The notes below the pieces were generated by a model. It saw only the letters and a program-made list of their open reading frames with translations, did not search any database and was not told where the DNA came from. 64,000 nucleotides of DNA from Bacteroidales bacterium (GTDB taxonomy: Bacteria; Bacteroidota; Bacteroidia; Bacteroidales; VadinHA17): assembly GCA_046329875.1 (NCBI GenBank), contig JAXLTT010000005.1:64507-128506 (forward strand), written 5' to 3'. Below are positions 45,920 to 57,100 of this stretch, in pieces (within the stretch, counting starts at the first letter, position 1; the number at the start of each line of letters is the position of its first letter). The position numbers and the translations under genes were made by a program.

Positions 45920-47707
45920 TTACATTCTTTCCGGCATTTCAATACCAAGCAGCGACATTCCGCTGTTTAGTATTTCGCATACCGATTGCGATAATGAGAG
46001 CCTGAAGCTCCTTATAACCGGATCCGCCTCACCAAGTATTGAATAATCGTGATAGAACTGGTTGTATTCCCTTGCAAGCTCATAGCAATAGTTGGCAATT
46101 AATGCCGGGCTGAAGCTTGTTCCAGCCTCTGAGACCACGGGTGCGAATTTGAGCATAAGCTTAAGAAGTCCAGCCTCCTTCGCAGCCGGTTTCAGCTCAG
46201 AAAGCTCAGGCAGGCTCGAAGAGATGCCTGTCGTTTCAGCCTTTTTCAAAACCGACCTTATCCTTGCATAAGTATACTGGATGAAGGGACCTGTATTTCC
46301 ATTGAAATCGATCGACTCCGAAGGATTGAATGTCATATTCTTCTTCGGGTCAACTTTCAAAATAAAATACTTAAGCGCCCCGAGACCTATTTTACGGAAG
46401 ATCTCCTCTTTTTCAAAATCGCTGTAGTTTTCAAGTTTACCAAGTTCAAGGGAAACTTCCCTTGATGTATCAATCATTTCGGTTATCAGATCGTCGGCGT
46501 CAACTACTGTACCTTCACGGGATTTCATTTTTCCTTCCGGCAGTTCCACCATTCCGTAAGAAAAATGGATAATGCCTTCAGACCAGCTGTAACCCATCTT
46601 TTTAAGTACGGCACGTAATACCTGGAAGTGGTAGTTCTGCTCATTTCCAACTACATAAAGGCATTTGTCGAAGTTGTACTGGTTGTGCCTGAGCATTGCT
46701 GTTCCAAGGTCCTGGGTCATGTAAACAGCTGTACCATCAGAGCGAAGCAGGAGTTTCTGGTCAAGTCCCTCTGAAGTCATGTCGGCCCATACTGATCCGT
46801 CAGGGTTCCTGTAAAGTACTTTATCTTCGAGAGCTTTCCATACTATCTCCTTACCGTCCATATAGGTTTCGGATTCATAGTATATTATGTCGAAATCAAC
46901 TCCAAGACGGGCGTAGGTTTCGTCAAAACCTGCATAAACCCATGAATTCATTTTCTTCCAGAGCTCTATTACTTCAGGGTCACCGGCCTCCCATTTAACA
47001 AGCATCTCACGCGCTTCAACCATCAGTGGAGCTGAGTTTCTGGCTTCTTCCTCCCCAATTCCCCTGGCTATAAGTTCCTCTGCTTCCTTTTTTAATTGCT
47101 TCTCGAAGAGAACGTAATATTTACCAACTAGGTGGTCGCCCTTCATTCCTGCTGAAGTCGGGGTCTCGCCATTTCCATATTTCTGCCAGGCGAGCATTGA
47201 TTTACAGATATGAATGCCCCTGTCGTTAACAATATTGGTCTTTATGACTTTATGGCCGCAGGCTGTAAGAATCCTGTACAGTGAATATCCAAGAAGGTTA
47301 TTCCTTATATGACCAAGATGAAGCGGCTTATTCGTGTTTGGCGATGAATACTCAACCATAATAACTTCAGGCGAAGCTGTTTTGCAGCTTTCAAGAAAAT
47401 TGCCGCTCTTAATAAGCTTTTCATATTCACCAAGCCACCATTTTTCTGAAATTACAAGGTTCAGAAAGCCCTTGATCACATTATAGCCGGAAATGAGGCT
47501 GAAGTTCTCAACAAGCCATTTTCCAATGCTTTCAGCTGTTTGTTCCGGTGTGATTTTTGAATACCTGAGAACAGGGAAAACAACGAAAGTGAAATCACCT
47601 TCGAATTCCTTTCTTGTCTCCTGAATCTGCACAAGTTTTTCATCAACTTCGCAGTTATACAGGAATCCGACAGCTTCCTTTACTTTTTCCCTTATCAGTT
47701 CTTCCAT
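45920..47707 (-). CDS. argS: arginine--tRNA ligase
   Basis: HIGH-region motif SSPNTNKPLHLGHIRN and a C-terminal anticodon-binding (DALR-type) domain. The likely start is MEELIREK (ATG 47707); the ORF track extends to 47782. Confidence 0.92.
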   Translation of the reverse strand: MEELIREKVKEAVGFLYNCEVDEKLVQIQETRKEFEGDFTFVVFPVLRYSKITPEQTAESIGKWLVENFSLISGYNVIKGFLNLVISEKWWLGEYEKLIKSGNFLESCKTASPEVIMVEYSSPNTNKPLHLGHIRNNLLGYSLYRILTACGHKVIKTNIVNDRGIHICKSMLAWQKYGNGETPTSAGMKGDHLVGKYYVLFEKQLKKEAEELIARGIGEEEARNSAPLMVEAREMLVKWEAGDPEVIELWKKMNSWVYAGFDETYARLGVDFDIIYYESETYMDGKEIVWKALEDKVLYRNPDGSVWADMTSEGLDQKLLLRSDGTAVYMTQDLGTAMLRHNQYNFDKCLYVVGNEQNYHFQVLRAVLKKMGYSWSEGIIHFSYGMVELPEGKMKSREGTVVDADDLITEMIDTSREVSLELGKLENYSDFEKEEIFRKIGLGALKYFILKVDPKKNMTFNPSESIDFNGNTGPFIQYTYARIRSVLKKAETTGISSSLPELSELKPAAKEAGLLKLMLKFAPVVSEAGTSFSPALIANYCYELAREYNQFYHDYSILGEADPVIRSFRLSLSQSVCEILNSGMSLLGIEMPERM

Positions 47708-47728
47708 TTGCAGCTCAAATTTCAGCCG

Positions 47729-47736
47729 CAAATATA
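47729..47736 (-). promoter_or_regulatory. Bacteroidota-type -7 box (TATATTTG) for argS
   Basis: Plus-strand CAAATATA, 21 nt upstream of ATG 47707. This also supports the shorter argS start. Confidence 0.5.
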
Positions 47737-47885
47737 ATATTTTAAAACTTTGATAACCAACCAGCCAGTAGCAAACAGCCAATAAAAATCACGGCATCAA
47801 TTTGCTTTCTGTGAAATGACCGAAATATTTGACAACCGTTCATTACTTTTTGATGAAGAGACAAATCATATATTAAAAGAAGTCA

Positions 47886-47893
47886 TACATTTG
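47886..47893 (+). promoter_or_regulatory. Bacteroidota-type -7 box (TACATTTG) for the DUF1987 gene
   Basis: Matches TAnnTTTG, 43 nt upstream of ATG 47937. Confidence 0.45.
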
Positions 47894-47936
47894 GCTATGT
47901 TGTTGTGATACAACAGCGGAACAGAAAATTACCGAG

Positions 47937-48392
47937 ATGGAAAGTAAAAACCTTTTAATTGATCCGACCTCCAAGACACCACTGGTCGATTTCAATGCCC
48001 TGACCGGAGACCTCATCCTGTCGGGTCGATCCATCCCGGAGAATGCCACTGAACTTTATGATCCGCTTCTTAAATGGGTTAATGACTATCTCAAATCACC
48101 GCGAAAAACAACCAATTTCAGGATCAATCTTGAATACTTCAATACGGCTTCGTCTATCTGGCTCGCGAAGATTGTAAAAGCATTAAGCAGGATGACCGAT
48201 CCCGAAAATGTTCTTTTCATCCATCTCTATTTTAATATCGAGGAATTCGATAATATGGAGACCGAAGATCTCAGGGATACAATCAGTCCGGTTGTTGATA
48301 TAATGAGTGATGCAGTCATCAGTATCGGTGTGAAGATATATGGCACCGATGAAAAAGGTGAGATAATCAAGGAATCAATGGTTCTTATCTGA
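47937..48392 (+). CDS. SiaC-family (DUF1987) protein
   Basis: Family-typical N-terminus (IDPTSKTPLVDFNALTGDLILSGRSIPENATELYDPLLKWVNDYL) and the LEYFNTASS segment. Confidence 0.75.
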   Translation: MESKNLLIDPTSKTPLVDFNALTGDLILSGRSIPENATELYDPLLKWVNDYLKSPRKTTNFRINLEYFNTASSIWLAKIVKALSRMTDPENVLFIHLYFNIEEFDNMETEDLRDTISPVVDIMSDAVISIGVKIYGTDEKGEIIKESMVLI

Positions 48393-48466
48393 CCTTCTTT
48401 TTTTAAGATTTCCCGGCCCCTTGTTTTGCATTTTTGGACTACCTTTAGTAGGTAAATTGCATCGTT

Positions 48467-49972
48467 ATGTGCAGGTACCGGATTATTATTCTATTAACTG
48501 CAATTCAGATAAATATGTTCGCACAGAACCAGCCGGTTGACAGGGAACCATATGCTGCAGGCAGATTCTACGCCTCTGACAGCGAAACCCTGAGGAAAGA
48601 TTTGGCATCTCTTTTCAGCGCCGCAGTAAAGCCAGGCAAGGATCTGCCTGTAAGGGCAATCATAGTACCACATGCCGGGTACGTTTTTTCAGGCAAGACT
48701 GCTGCAAGTGCATTTTCTGCTATCTCACCGGCCGCGGAGTACAGTAATATCTTCATAATAGGATCAAGCCATGTTGCAGCCTTTGATGGAGTATCCGTAT
48801 ATGGCAGCGGTGATTTTATAACTCCTCTCGGAAAGGTAAAAGTCAATACTGAAATATCTCAAAAGCTAAAGGAATTAAAACTGTTCCGCTTCCCCGAATC
48901 TGTCCAGGCAAGGGAACACAGCATAGAAGTTCAGCTGCCTTTCATACAGTACTATTTCAGGAAGGTCCCTCCTGTTGTTCCGATTGTTATTGGCACCGAT
49001 GACCCCGAAAAAATAAAAGAAATAGCTGCAGCATTAAAGCCATATTTTCGCCAGGAAAACCTGTTTATTATAAGCTCGGATTTTTCACATTACCCTCCAT
49101 ACAGGGATGCCGTAATTATCGATGACCTGACAGCAGGCAGCATTGTGTCCAAAAATCCGGCTGCCTTCCTTGAGACTCTGGGCGCCAATAGCCGCAAAAA
49201 TATAAATGGGCTGGCGACAAGCATGTGCGGATGGACCTCAGGCCTTGCCCTTATTTACCTGTCGATGGATGATCCGAAACTGGAGTTTAGAAAGATTGAT
49301 TACACAAATTCGGGGGATTCAAAGTATGGTGACAGGGAAGGCGTTGTTGGTTATAACGCAATTGTCCTTTATGAAAACAAAAGTCCGAAGGGAGAAAAAG
49401 CCCATGACGACAGTGAAGTTAAATTCACAGATGACGAAATTGACCAGCTTTTCTCAATAGCAAGAGGCAGTATAAAAAGCAAATTCAGCACTGGAAGGCA
49501 CCAGGTTGTGGATGCTTCGAAAATATCCCCTGCTCTGAAGAAGAACATGGGCGCTTTCGTTACACTAAAAATTGACGGGATGCTCAGGGGGTGTATCGGG
49601 CAGTTCACAGCCGACAGGCCCCTGTTCGAAGTCGTAAACGATATGGCTTACGAATCAGCATTCAGTGATGGACGCTTTGATCCGCTTACCCAGGGAGAAT
49701 TTCAGAAAGTTGAGATCGAAATATCTGTACTCGGACCTTTAAAGAAAATAAAAGATATATCGGAGATCATTCCGGGCCGTCATGGAATCTATATTAAAAA
49801 GGACTTCAGGTCAGGTACAATGCTCCCCCAGGTTCTGACTGAAAATCACTGGACACTCGAGCAGTTCCTTGGTTATACTTCACGTGAAAAGGCCGGGCTT
49901 GGCTGGGACGGCTGGAAGAATGCCGATCTTTATATCTATGAAGCCGTAGTCCTTGAAGAAAGAAAGAAGTGA
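48467..49972 (+). CDS. AmmeMemoRadiSam system protein B (Memo-like) fused to protein A (AMMECR1-like), with a signal-like N-terminus
   Basis: Memo half: YASDSETLRKDL...IVPHAGYVFSG...FIISSDFSHY. AMMECR1 half: GAFVTLKIDGMLRGCIGQF...GIYIKKDFRSGTMLPQV. The N-terminus is MCRYRIIILLTAIQINMFAQ. Confidence 0.85.
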   Translation: MCRYRIIILLTAIQINMFAQNQPVDREPYAAGRFYASDSETLRKDLASLFSAAVKPGKDLPVRAIIVPHAGYVFSGKTAASAFSAISPAAEYSNIFIIGSSHVAAFDGVSVYGSGDFITPLGKVKVNTEISQKLKELKLFRFPESVQAREHSIEVQLPFIQYYFRKVPPVVPIVIGTDDPEKIKEIAAALKPYFRQENLFIISSDFSHYPPYRDAVIIDDLTAGSIVSKNPAAFLETLGANSRKNINGLATSMCGWTSGLALIYLSMDDPKLEFRKIDYTNSGDSKYGDREGVVGYNAIVLYENKSPKGEKAHDDSEVKFTDDEIDQLFSIARGSIKSKFSTGRHQVVDASKISPALKKNMGAFVTLKIDGMLRGCIGQFTADRPLFEVVNDMAYESAFSDGRFDPLTQGEFQKVEIEISVLGPLKKIKDISEIIPGRHGIYIKKDFRSGTMLPQVLTENHWTLEQFLGYTSREKAGLGWDGWKNADLYIYEAVVLEERKK

Positions 49973-52398
49973 CGATGTACCATGTTGAAGCCATCGGTCT
50001 TACTTCATTATTGCTTTATCTTTTAAGCTTTTCAGCATACAGGAACGGACTGATCAGCAAGGCTTCACACAGGAAGGCCTGGAACATACTGCTTGCCGGA
50101 TCCTTCCTCTTTGCAGCTCTTGCTGGTATCTTCCTCGCCCTTCAGGCTTCATACAAATGGGAAATTCAATTTGTAAAGCCACTGCTTAAATGGCATGTTG
50201 AATTTGGGATAGCGCTGGCTTTCACAGGAAGCTATCATTTAATATTTCACCTGCCATATTTCTTTGGCCGGAAGGAAAGTTTCCAACCTGTTGATCCTCC
50301 TGTAAATAACAGTTTATCAGGAAAAGAAGCTATAAGAAATAACCTGCTGGTAATCGGCTTTGTAAGTACATCAGTCCAGTTGCTGCTAATGAGAGAGGTT
50401 CTCAACCTGGCAGGAGGTTATGAACTGATCTCGGGCATTTTTCTTGCTTCATGGCTCACGGGATCAGCGGCAGGATCAACTGCTGCAAGATACTCAGGTG
50501 TATATTATATAAGAAAGCTCAATTTCCTTTTTGGAACCGCAATTATAATTTCATTGCTCCTGATTCCTCTCCTGTCCGGGCTGTTTCTTGAGAAAGGAGA
50601 AACACCGTCGTTCTTCCTGTCTGTGATTTATACAGTTATTGTACTGCTCCCCTTCACATTTATTTCGGGCTTCACTTTTACAAGAATCCTGATTGTTGCG
50701 TCCGCTGCCCGGACCTGCAAGCCAGGCTCTTCTTTTTCCATTGAAACCGCAGGTGGTATTATCGGAGGAATCACTGTGACTATCCTGAGTCATAACCTTC
50801 TTGGAACATATCAGCTATTGGCCATTATTTTAATCCTGTATTTTTTTTACTGGATAACCACCTTTATATCAGGAAATCCCAGGGTATTAATTTCCACACT
50901 TTCAGCTGCAATAATTCTGGTTATTGCAGTTATTTTTCTGAAACCGGATGTGTTTATGCGCGGCCTTCTGATGCAGGGTATAAAAGTGACACGATCTGCC
51001 GATACACAATATGGTAACATCACAACAGGTGAATACTCAGGAGAACAGGCCATATACTATAACCAGCGCCTGCTGGCATGGTCGGGTAATGAGGCCGAAA
51101 GGGAGGAGAATGTTCATTATGCAATGCTTCAGCATCCGGATCCGAAAAAGGTACTCGTAATTTCAGGCGATCTGAATGCAATAATACAGGAAGTACAAAA
51201 GTACAAGCCTGAAAAGGTTACTTATGTTGAGAGGGACCCTGGACTGCTCGCGATTTTAAAGGAAAATAGTAAGATAAACTCTTCCGGTGTAACTGTAATC
51301 AATGCCGATCCATACCATTACATGACTGAAACAGGTGATTCATGGGATGTCATATTGATGCTCGAAGCTCCTCCTTCCACATTGCTTTTGAACAGGATGT
51401 ATACAACCGATTTTTTCAGGATTGCAGCCCTCCGGCTCAAGGGTAAAGGGATCTTTATGTGTTCTCCTGGTCCTGGTGAGAATTATTTCAACACTGAATC
51501 AAGGGCCCTGTATTCCTCTATTTATAATTCAATGGCATCTGCATTCAGAAATGTTGTACCTGTTATAGGGAACAGGCTTTATTTAATTGCTTCTGATGAT
51601 TCAGTATCCACCGGGATATGCTCACTTGTTGATAAGCGTGGTATAAGGAATACATATGTAAGCAGCGACTTCCTGGCTGATGACATAATTAAATCAAGGA
51701 GCAGTGCATTTCTTTCAGGGCTTGACCCTGCTGAGAAATCTAATACACTTGATTTCCCTGTCGCCTGCCTGTGGTTTCAGAAATATAACCTGAGCAGGTC
51801 GCTTACCGGGCTGGTACCGGTACTGATTCTTATAATAGTACTCTTTATAATGCCGTCTTTAACAGTGAGAAGGAGGCATCTTCCTATGTATTTTTCAGCA
51901 GCAGCACTGGCCGGCTTCGAGATAATTGCACTGGTTCTCCTCCAGTCGTCTGCAGGCAATATATACCAGGGTTCGGGGCTTATAATAGCATCGGCCATGG
52001 CAGGATTGGCGGCAGGTGCAGGAATAAACAGGGTGTTCTTTGCCAGGTACAGGCTCTATGCCCTTACAGCAGTAATGTTCATAGTATATTTCTCATATTC
52101 ATTCATTGTTGATCTGATCCTGGAGTCGAACCCCGGGACTCCCGGAATATTTATTATTTCTACGCTGGTTCTTGTTCCGGCTTTCTTTACAGGACAGTTA
52201 TTCAGGGTGTTAAGCGAGTCTCTTGAAGATGATAAACTCTCCGGGCTGTACAGTGCTGATCTTAAGGGATCAGCATTATGTTTTGCACTTACGGCAGGTG
52301 TTGCAGTTCCGGCTGCAGGGCTGCACAGCTCTGTGTTAATTATAGCTGGTTTTGCACTGGCTGCTTTACTTTCAGTACCATTGCGAGGCAATGCATAG
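49969..52398 (+). CDS. polytopic membrane protein with a central spermidine-synthase-like domain (fused membrane/SpeE-like family)
   Basis: Many TM helices lie on both sides of a soluble segment co-linear with SpeE (KVLVISGDLNAIIQEVQKYKPEKVTYVERDPGLL; WDVILMLEAPPS...YTTDFFRIAALRLKGKGIF). The start is either GTG 49969, overlapping the upstream stop, or ATG 49975. Confidence 0.75.
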   Translation: MTMYHVEAIGLTSLLLYLLSFSAYRNGLISKASHRKAWNILLAGSFLFAALAGIFLALQASYKWEIQFVKPLLKWHVEFGIALAFTGSYHLIFHLPYFFGRKESFQPVDPPVNNSLSGKEAIRNNLLVIGFVSTSVQLLLMREVLNLAGGYELISGIFLASWLTGSAAGSTAARYSGVYYIRKLNFLFGTAIIISLLLIPLLSGLFLEKGETPSFFLSVIYTVIVLLPFTFISGFTFTRILIVASAARTCKPGSSFSIETAGGIIGGITVTILSHNLLGTYQLLAIILILYFFYWITTFISGNPRVLISTLSAAIILVIAVIFLKPDVFMRGLLMQGIKVTRSADTQYGNITTGEYSGEQAIYYNQRLLAWSGNEAEREENVHYAMLQHPDPKKVLVISGDLNAIIQEVQKYKPEKVTYVERDPGLLAILKENSKINSSGVTVINADPYHYMTETGDSWDVILMLEAPPSTLLLNRMYTTDFFRIAALRLKGKGIFMCSPGPGENYFNTESRALYSSIYNSMASAFRNVVPVIGNRLYLIASDDSVSTGICSLVDKRGIRNTYVSSDFLADDIIKSRSSAFLSGLDPAEKSNTLDFPVACLWFQKYNLSRSLTGLVPVLILIIVLFIMPSLTVRRRHLPMYFSAAALAGFEIIALVLLQSSAGNIYQGSGLIIASAMAGLAAGAGINRVFFARYRLYALTAVMFIVYFSYSFIVDLILESNPGTPGIFIISTLVLVPAFFTGQLFRVLSESLEDDKLSGLYSADLKGSALCFALTAGVAVPAAGLHSSVLIIAGFALAALLSVPLRGNA

Positions 52399-52419
52399 TT
52401 CCTTAATAATTACTTATAA

Positions 52420-53562
52420 ATGGATAATCTTAAGCATGGAATTTCAAAACGCGACTTCCTGAGAAAATGCTCGGTTTTATCAGCATGTGCCCTGATATCA
52501 CCAGGTGACATGCTTGTGACCCCGGGCGGACAGGAGCGCGACAGGTCGCTAAGGAAAATTGCAATGTTCCAGGAGGAGACTGCCAGGGGCATAATGTGCA
52601 GGATATGCCCGAATGAGTGCGTTCTGAAGGAAGGTGAAGTAAGCAAATGCAATAACAGGAAGGTTTACAAATCGCAGCTCTACACGATGGCTTACGGGAA
52701 TCCGTGCTCGGTTGCAATAGATCCGGTTGAGAAAAAACCATTATATCATTTTTATCCGGGTTCAAGGGCTTTTTCAATAGCCACCGCCGGGTGTAATCTT
52801 GTTTGCCTTAACTGCCAGAACTGGACAATTTCCCAGACAAGCCCTGATAAGACTGTAAATACAGAACTTATGCCAGGCTCCGTGGCTGAACAGGCAGCAG
52901 CCAGTAACTGCAGGTCAATTGCTTATACCTATTCCGAGCCAAATACTTTTTATGAATATGCCCTGGATACTGCAGTTGCCGCAAGAAAAAAAGGGATTAA
53001 GAACATTTTCAAGTCAAATGGCTATATAAATCCTGAACCCCTTAAAAAGATTTGTGAGGTGATCGACGCGGCTAATATAGATCTAAAGGCGATAACTGAA
53101 AGCACTTATCTGAAACTTACTGGCGGCAAGCTCCAGCCTGTTCTTGACAGCCTTAAGATATACAAGGAAATGGGTGTCTGGCTTGAAATCACGAACCTTG
53201 TAATACCGCAATGGACAGATAAAACAGATGAGATAAGGAATATGTGCAGATGGCTTGCAGATAACGGGCTTGCTGAAGTTCCCATTCATTTCAGCAGGTT
53301 CTACCCTATGCATAAACTTGAACAACTCCCTCCTACTCCTGTTGAACTTCTTAACCGTGCTGCAGATATTGCAAATGAGGAAGGGCTGATGTATGTTTAT
53401 ACAGGAAATGTACCGGGGAATGAAAGATCCGATACAAAGTGTCATTCCTGCGGTACAACAGTTGTTAAAAGGCAGGGATTCAGGGTGGTGGCCAATACAA
53501 TAAAAAAGGGATCATGCCCGAAATGCAATACAAGGATACACGGGGTCTGGAACATGGATTAA
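52420..53562 (+). CDS. AmmeMemoRadiSam system radical SAM enzyme (PflA-like) with a Tat-like N-terminal extension
   Basis: CxxxCxxC radical SAM motif GCNLVCLNCQNW, preceded by DPVEKKPLYHFYPGS. It has an N-terminal Cys-rich CRICPNEC segment and a C-terminal CHSCG...CPKC. The N-terminal extension is SKRDFLRKCSVLSACALISPG. Confidence 0.85.
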   Translation: MDNLKHGISKRDFLRKCSVLSACALISPGDMLVTPGGQERDRSLRKIAMFQEETARGIMCRICPNECVLKEGEVSKCNNRKVYKSQLYTMAYGNPCSVAIDPVEKKPLYHFYPGSRAFSIATAGCNLVCLNCQNWTISQTSPDKTVNTELMPGSVAEQAAASNCRSIAYTYSEPNTFYEYALDTAVAARKKGIKNIFKSNGYINPEPLKKICEVIDAANIDLKAITESTYLKLTGGKLQPVLDSLKIYKEMGVWLEITNLVIPQWTDKTDEIRNMCRWLADNGLAEVPIHFSRFYPMHKLEQLPPTPVELLNRAADIANEEGLMYVYTGNVPGNERSDTKCHSCGTTVVKRQGFRVVANTIKKGSCPKCNTRIHGVWNMD

Positions 53563-55596
<2,034 letters not shown>

Positions 55597-55643
55597 ATAT
55601 TAATTTTTGCCCTACATTTCCAAAAATCTTTTAGGTTTGTATT

Positions 55644-56204
55644 ATGGAACTGTTTAAAAATTTTCGTCTGAACCGTGGTCAATCTGTATTGCGTAAAAAA
55701 CTTTCCAGGACCAGGCGTAAGAAATTCAGGGGGAACATTTCCTCGGCTAAAAGGATCGGCCTTATCTGGGATGCCTCAAACCCTGATGAATTCAGTGTAC
55801 TCTCCCAGTTTCACCAGAAGCTTGCTGAAAGGAACATAGACCTGTCAATACTTGGCTACTATCCTGCCAAAGAGATTCCGGATAAAATCACTGCAATCCG
55901 TTACCTTGTATGTCTCAAGACGCAGGATCTGAATTATACTTTCAGGCCGGTAAGTGATGAAGCCTCCAGGTTCATAAGTTCAGGATTCGATATCCTTATA
56001 GATGCAAATTTCCGGAATCATTTCCCTCTTGAATATATCTCAACACTTTCTGACGCAGGATTCAAGGTAGGGATCTTTGATAATGGCTATAAACAACCCC
56101 AGTTTGACCTGATGATTGATGTGGACAGGAAGAGCGGATTGAACAATTACCTTGAACAGGTGGTTCATTATCTGGAAATGATTAATACAAGCCAGAATAA
56201 ATAA
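55644..56204 (+). CDS. conserved hypothetical protein (ligA-dapA spacer gene)
   Basis: 186-aa ORF with coding-like composition. A -7-like TAGGTTTG box at 55632-55639 lies only 4 nt from the ATG, which suggests either a leaderless mRNA or a different start. I do not confidently recognise a family. Confidence 0.55.
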   Translation: MELFKNFRLNRGQSVLRKKLSRTRRKKFRGNISSAKRIGLIWDASNPDEFSVLSQFHQKLAERNIDLSILGYYPAKEIPDKITAIRYLVCLKTQDLNYTFRPVSDEASRFISSGFDILIDANFRNHFPLEYISTLSDAGFKVGIFDNGYKQPQFDLMIDVDRKSGLNNYLEQVVHYLEMINTSQNK

Positions 56205-56219
56205 GCTAAAAGTGTACAG

Positions 56220-57098
56220 ATGAAAAAGCTGAAAGGAACGGGTGTAGCTATCGTCACACCATTTAAAAGCGACATGAGCATTGACTTCACAGCCTTTGGC
56301 AGGGTAGTTAACCATGTAATCAAGGGAGGTGTGAATTATATTGTGGCGATGGGCACAACAGGTGAATCTGTAACTCTGACAAAAGACGAAAAGAAGGCCG
56401 TTGTAAGCTATGTAATCGAAGCAATTGACGGTCGTGTTCCGCTTGTAGTAGGGATTGGCGGTAACAATACCCAGGAAATAATCAACCAGATAAGGGGCAT
56501 CGATTTCAAGGGAATTGATGCAATATTGTCTGTTTCTCCATATTACAATAAACCCAGTCAGCGCGGGATATTTCAGCACTTCAAGGCAATAGCAACATGC
56601 TCGCCGGTGCCTGTAATAATTTACAATGTCCCTGGCAGGACAGGGAGCAATATTTCTGCAGAAACAACCTTGCAGCTTGCACATGAGTGCGAGAACATTG
56701 TTGCAGTAAAAGAAGCTTCGGGCAACATGGAACAGATAATGAAGATAGTCCGTGGAAAGCCTGAAAACTTTGGTGTCATTTCCGGTGATGATATGAACAC
56801 CCTTCCAATTATAGCCGCAGGTGGCAGTGGTGTTATCTCCGTTCTGGCAAATGCATATCCTGCTGAGTGGAGCGAGATGGTAAACCAGTGCATGAAATCA
56901 AACTTCAAGGCCGCAAGGGAAATTCAATTCCGCTTCCTTGAAATGATGGAACTGCTTTTTATAGATGGAAGTCCCGCCGGCGTTAAAGCAATGCTTAACA
57001 ATATGAATCTCTGCCAGAATACTCTCAGGCTCCCGCTTGTACCTGTCAGCAGGACAGTGTACTCGAGGATCCAGAAAGCAATGGAAGAGATAAAGTAA
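56220..57098 (+). CDS. dapA: 4-hydroxy-tetrahydrodipicolinate synthase
   Basis: GTGVAIVTPF, GTTGES and IIYNVPGRTG motifs. Confidence 0.92.
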   Translation: MKKLKGTGVAIVTPFKSDMSIDFTAFGRVVNHVIKGGVNYIVAMGTTGESVTLTKDEKKAVVSYVIEAIDGRVPLVVGIGGNNTQEIINQIRGIDFKGIDAILSVSPYYNKPSQRGIFQHFKAIATCSPVPVIIYNVPGRTGSNISAETTLQLAHECENIVAVKEASGNMEQIMKIVRGKPENFGVISGDDMNTLPIIAAGGSGVISVLANAYPAEWSEMVNQCMKSNFKAAREIQFRFLEMMELLFIDGSPAGVKAMLNNMNLCQNTLRLPLVPVSRTVYSRIQKAMEEIK

Positions 57099-57100
57099 TC

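Noticed and set aside
45522-46046. 174-aa plus-strand ORF bridging ffh and argS.
   Set aside because: It is antisense to two essential genes with strong motifs and shows no independent start or promoter signal.
56040-56684. 214-aa minus-strand ORF bridging the hypothetical gene and dapA.
   Set aside because: It is antisense to two well-supported plus-strand genes (dapA has the GTTGES motif), has an odd composition and contains no motif.
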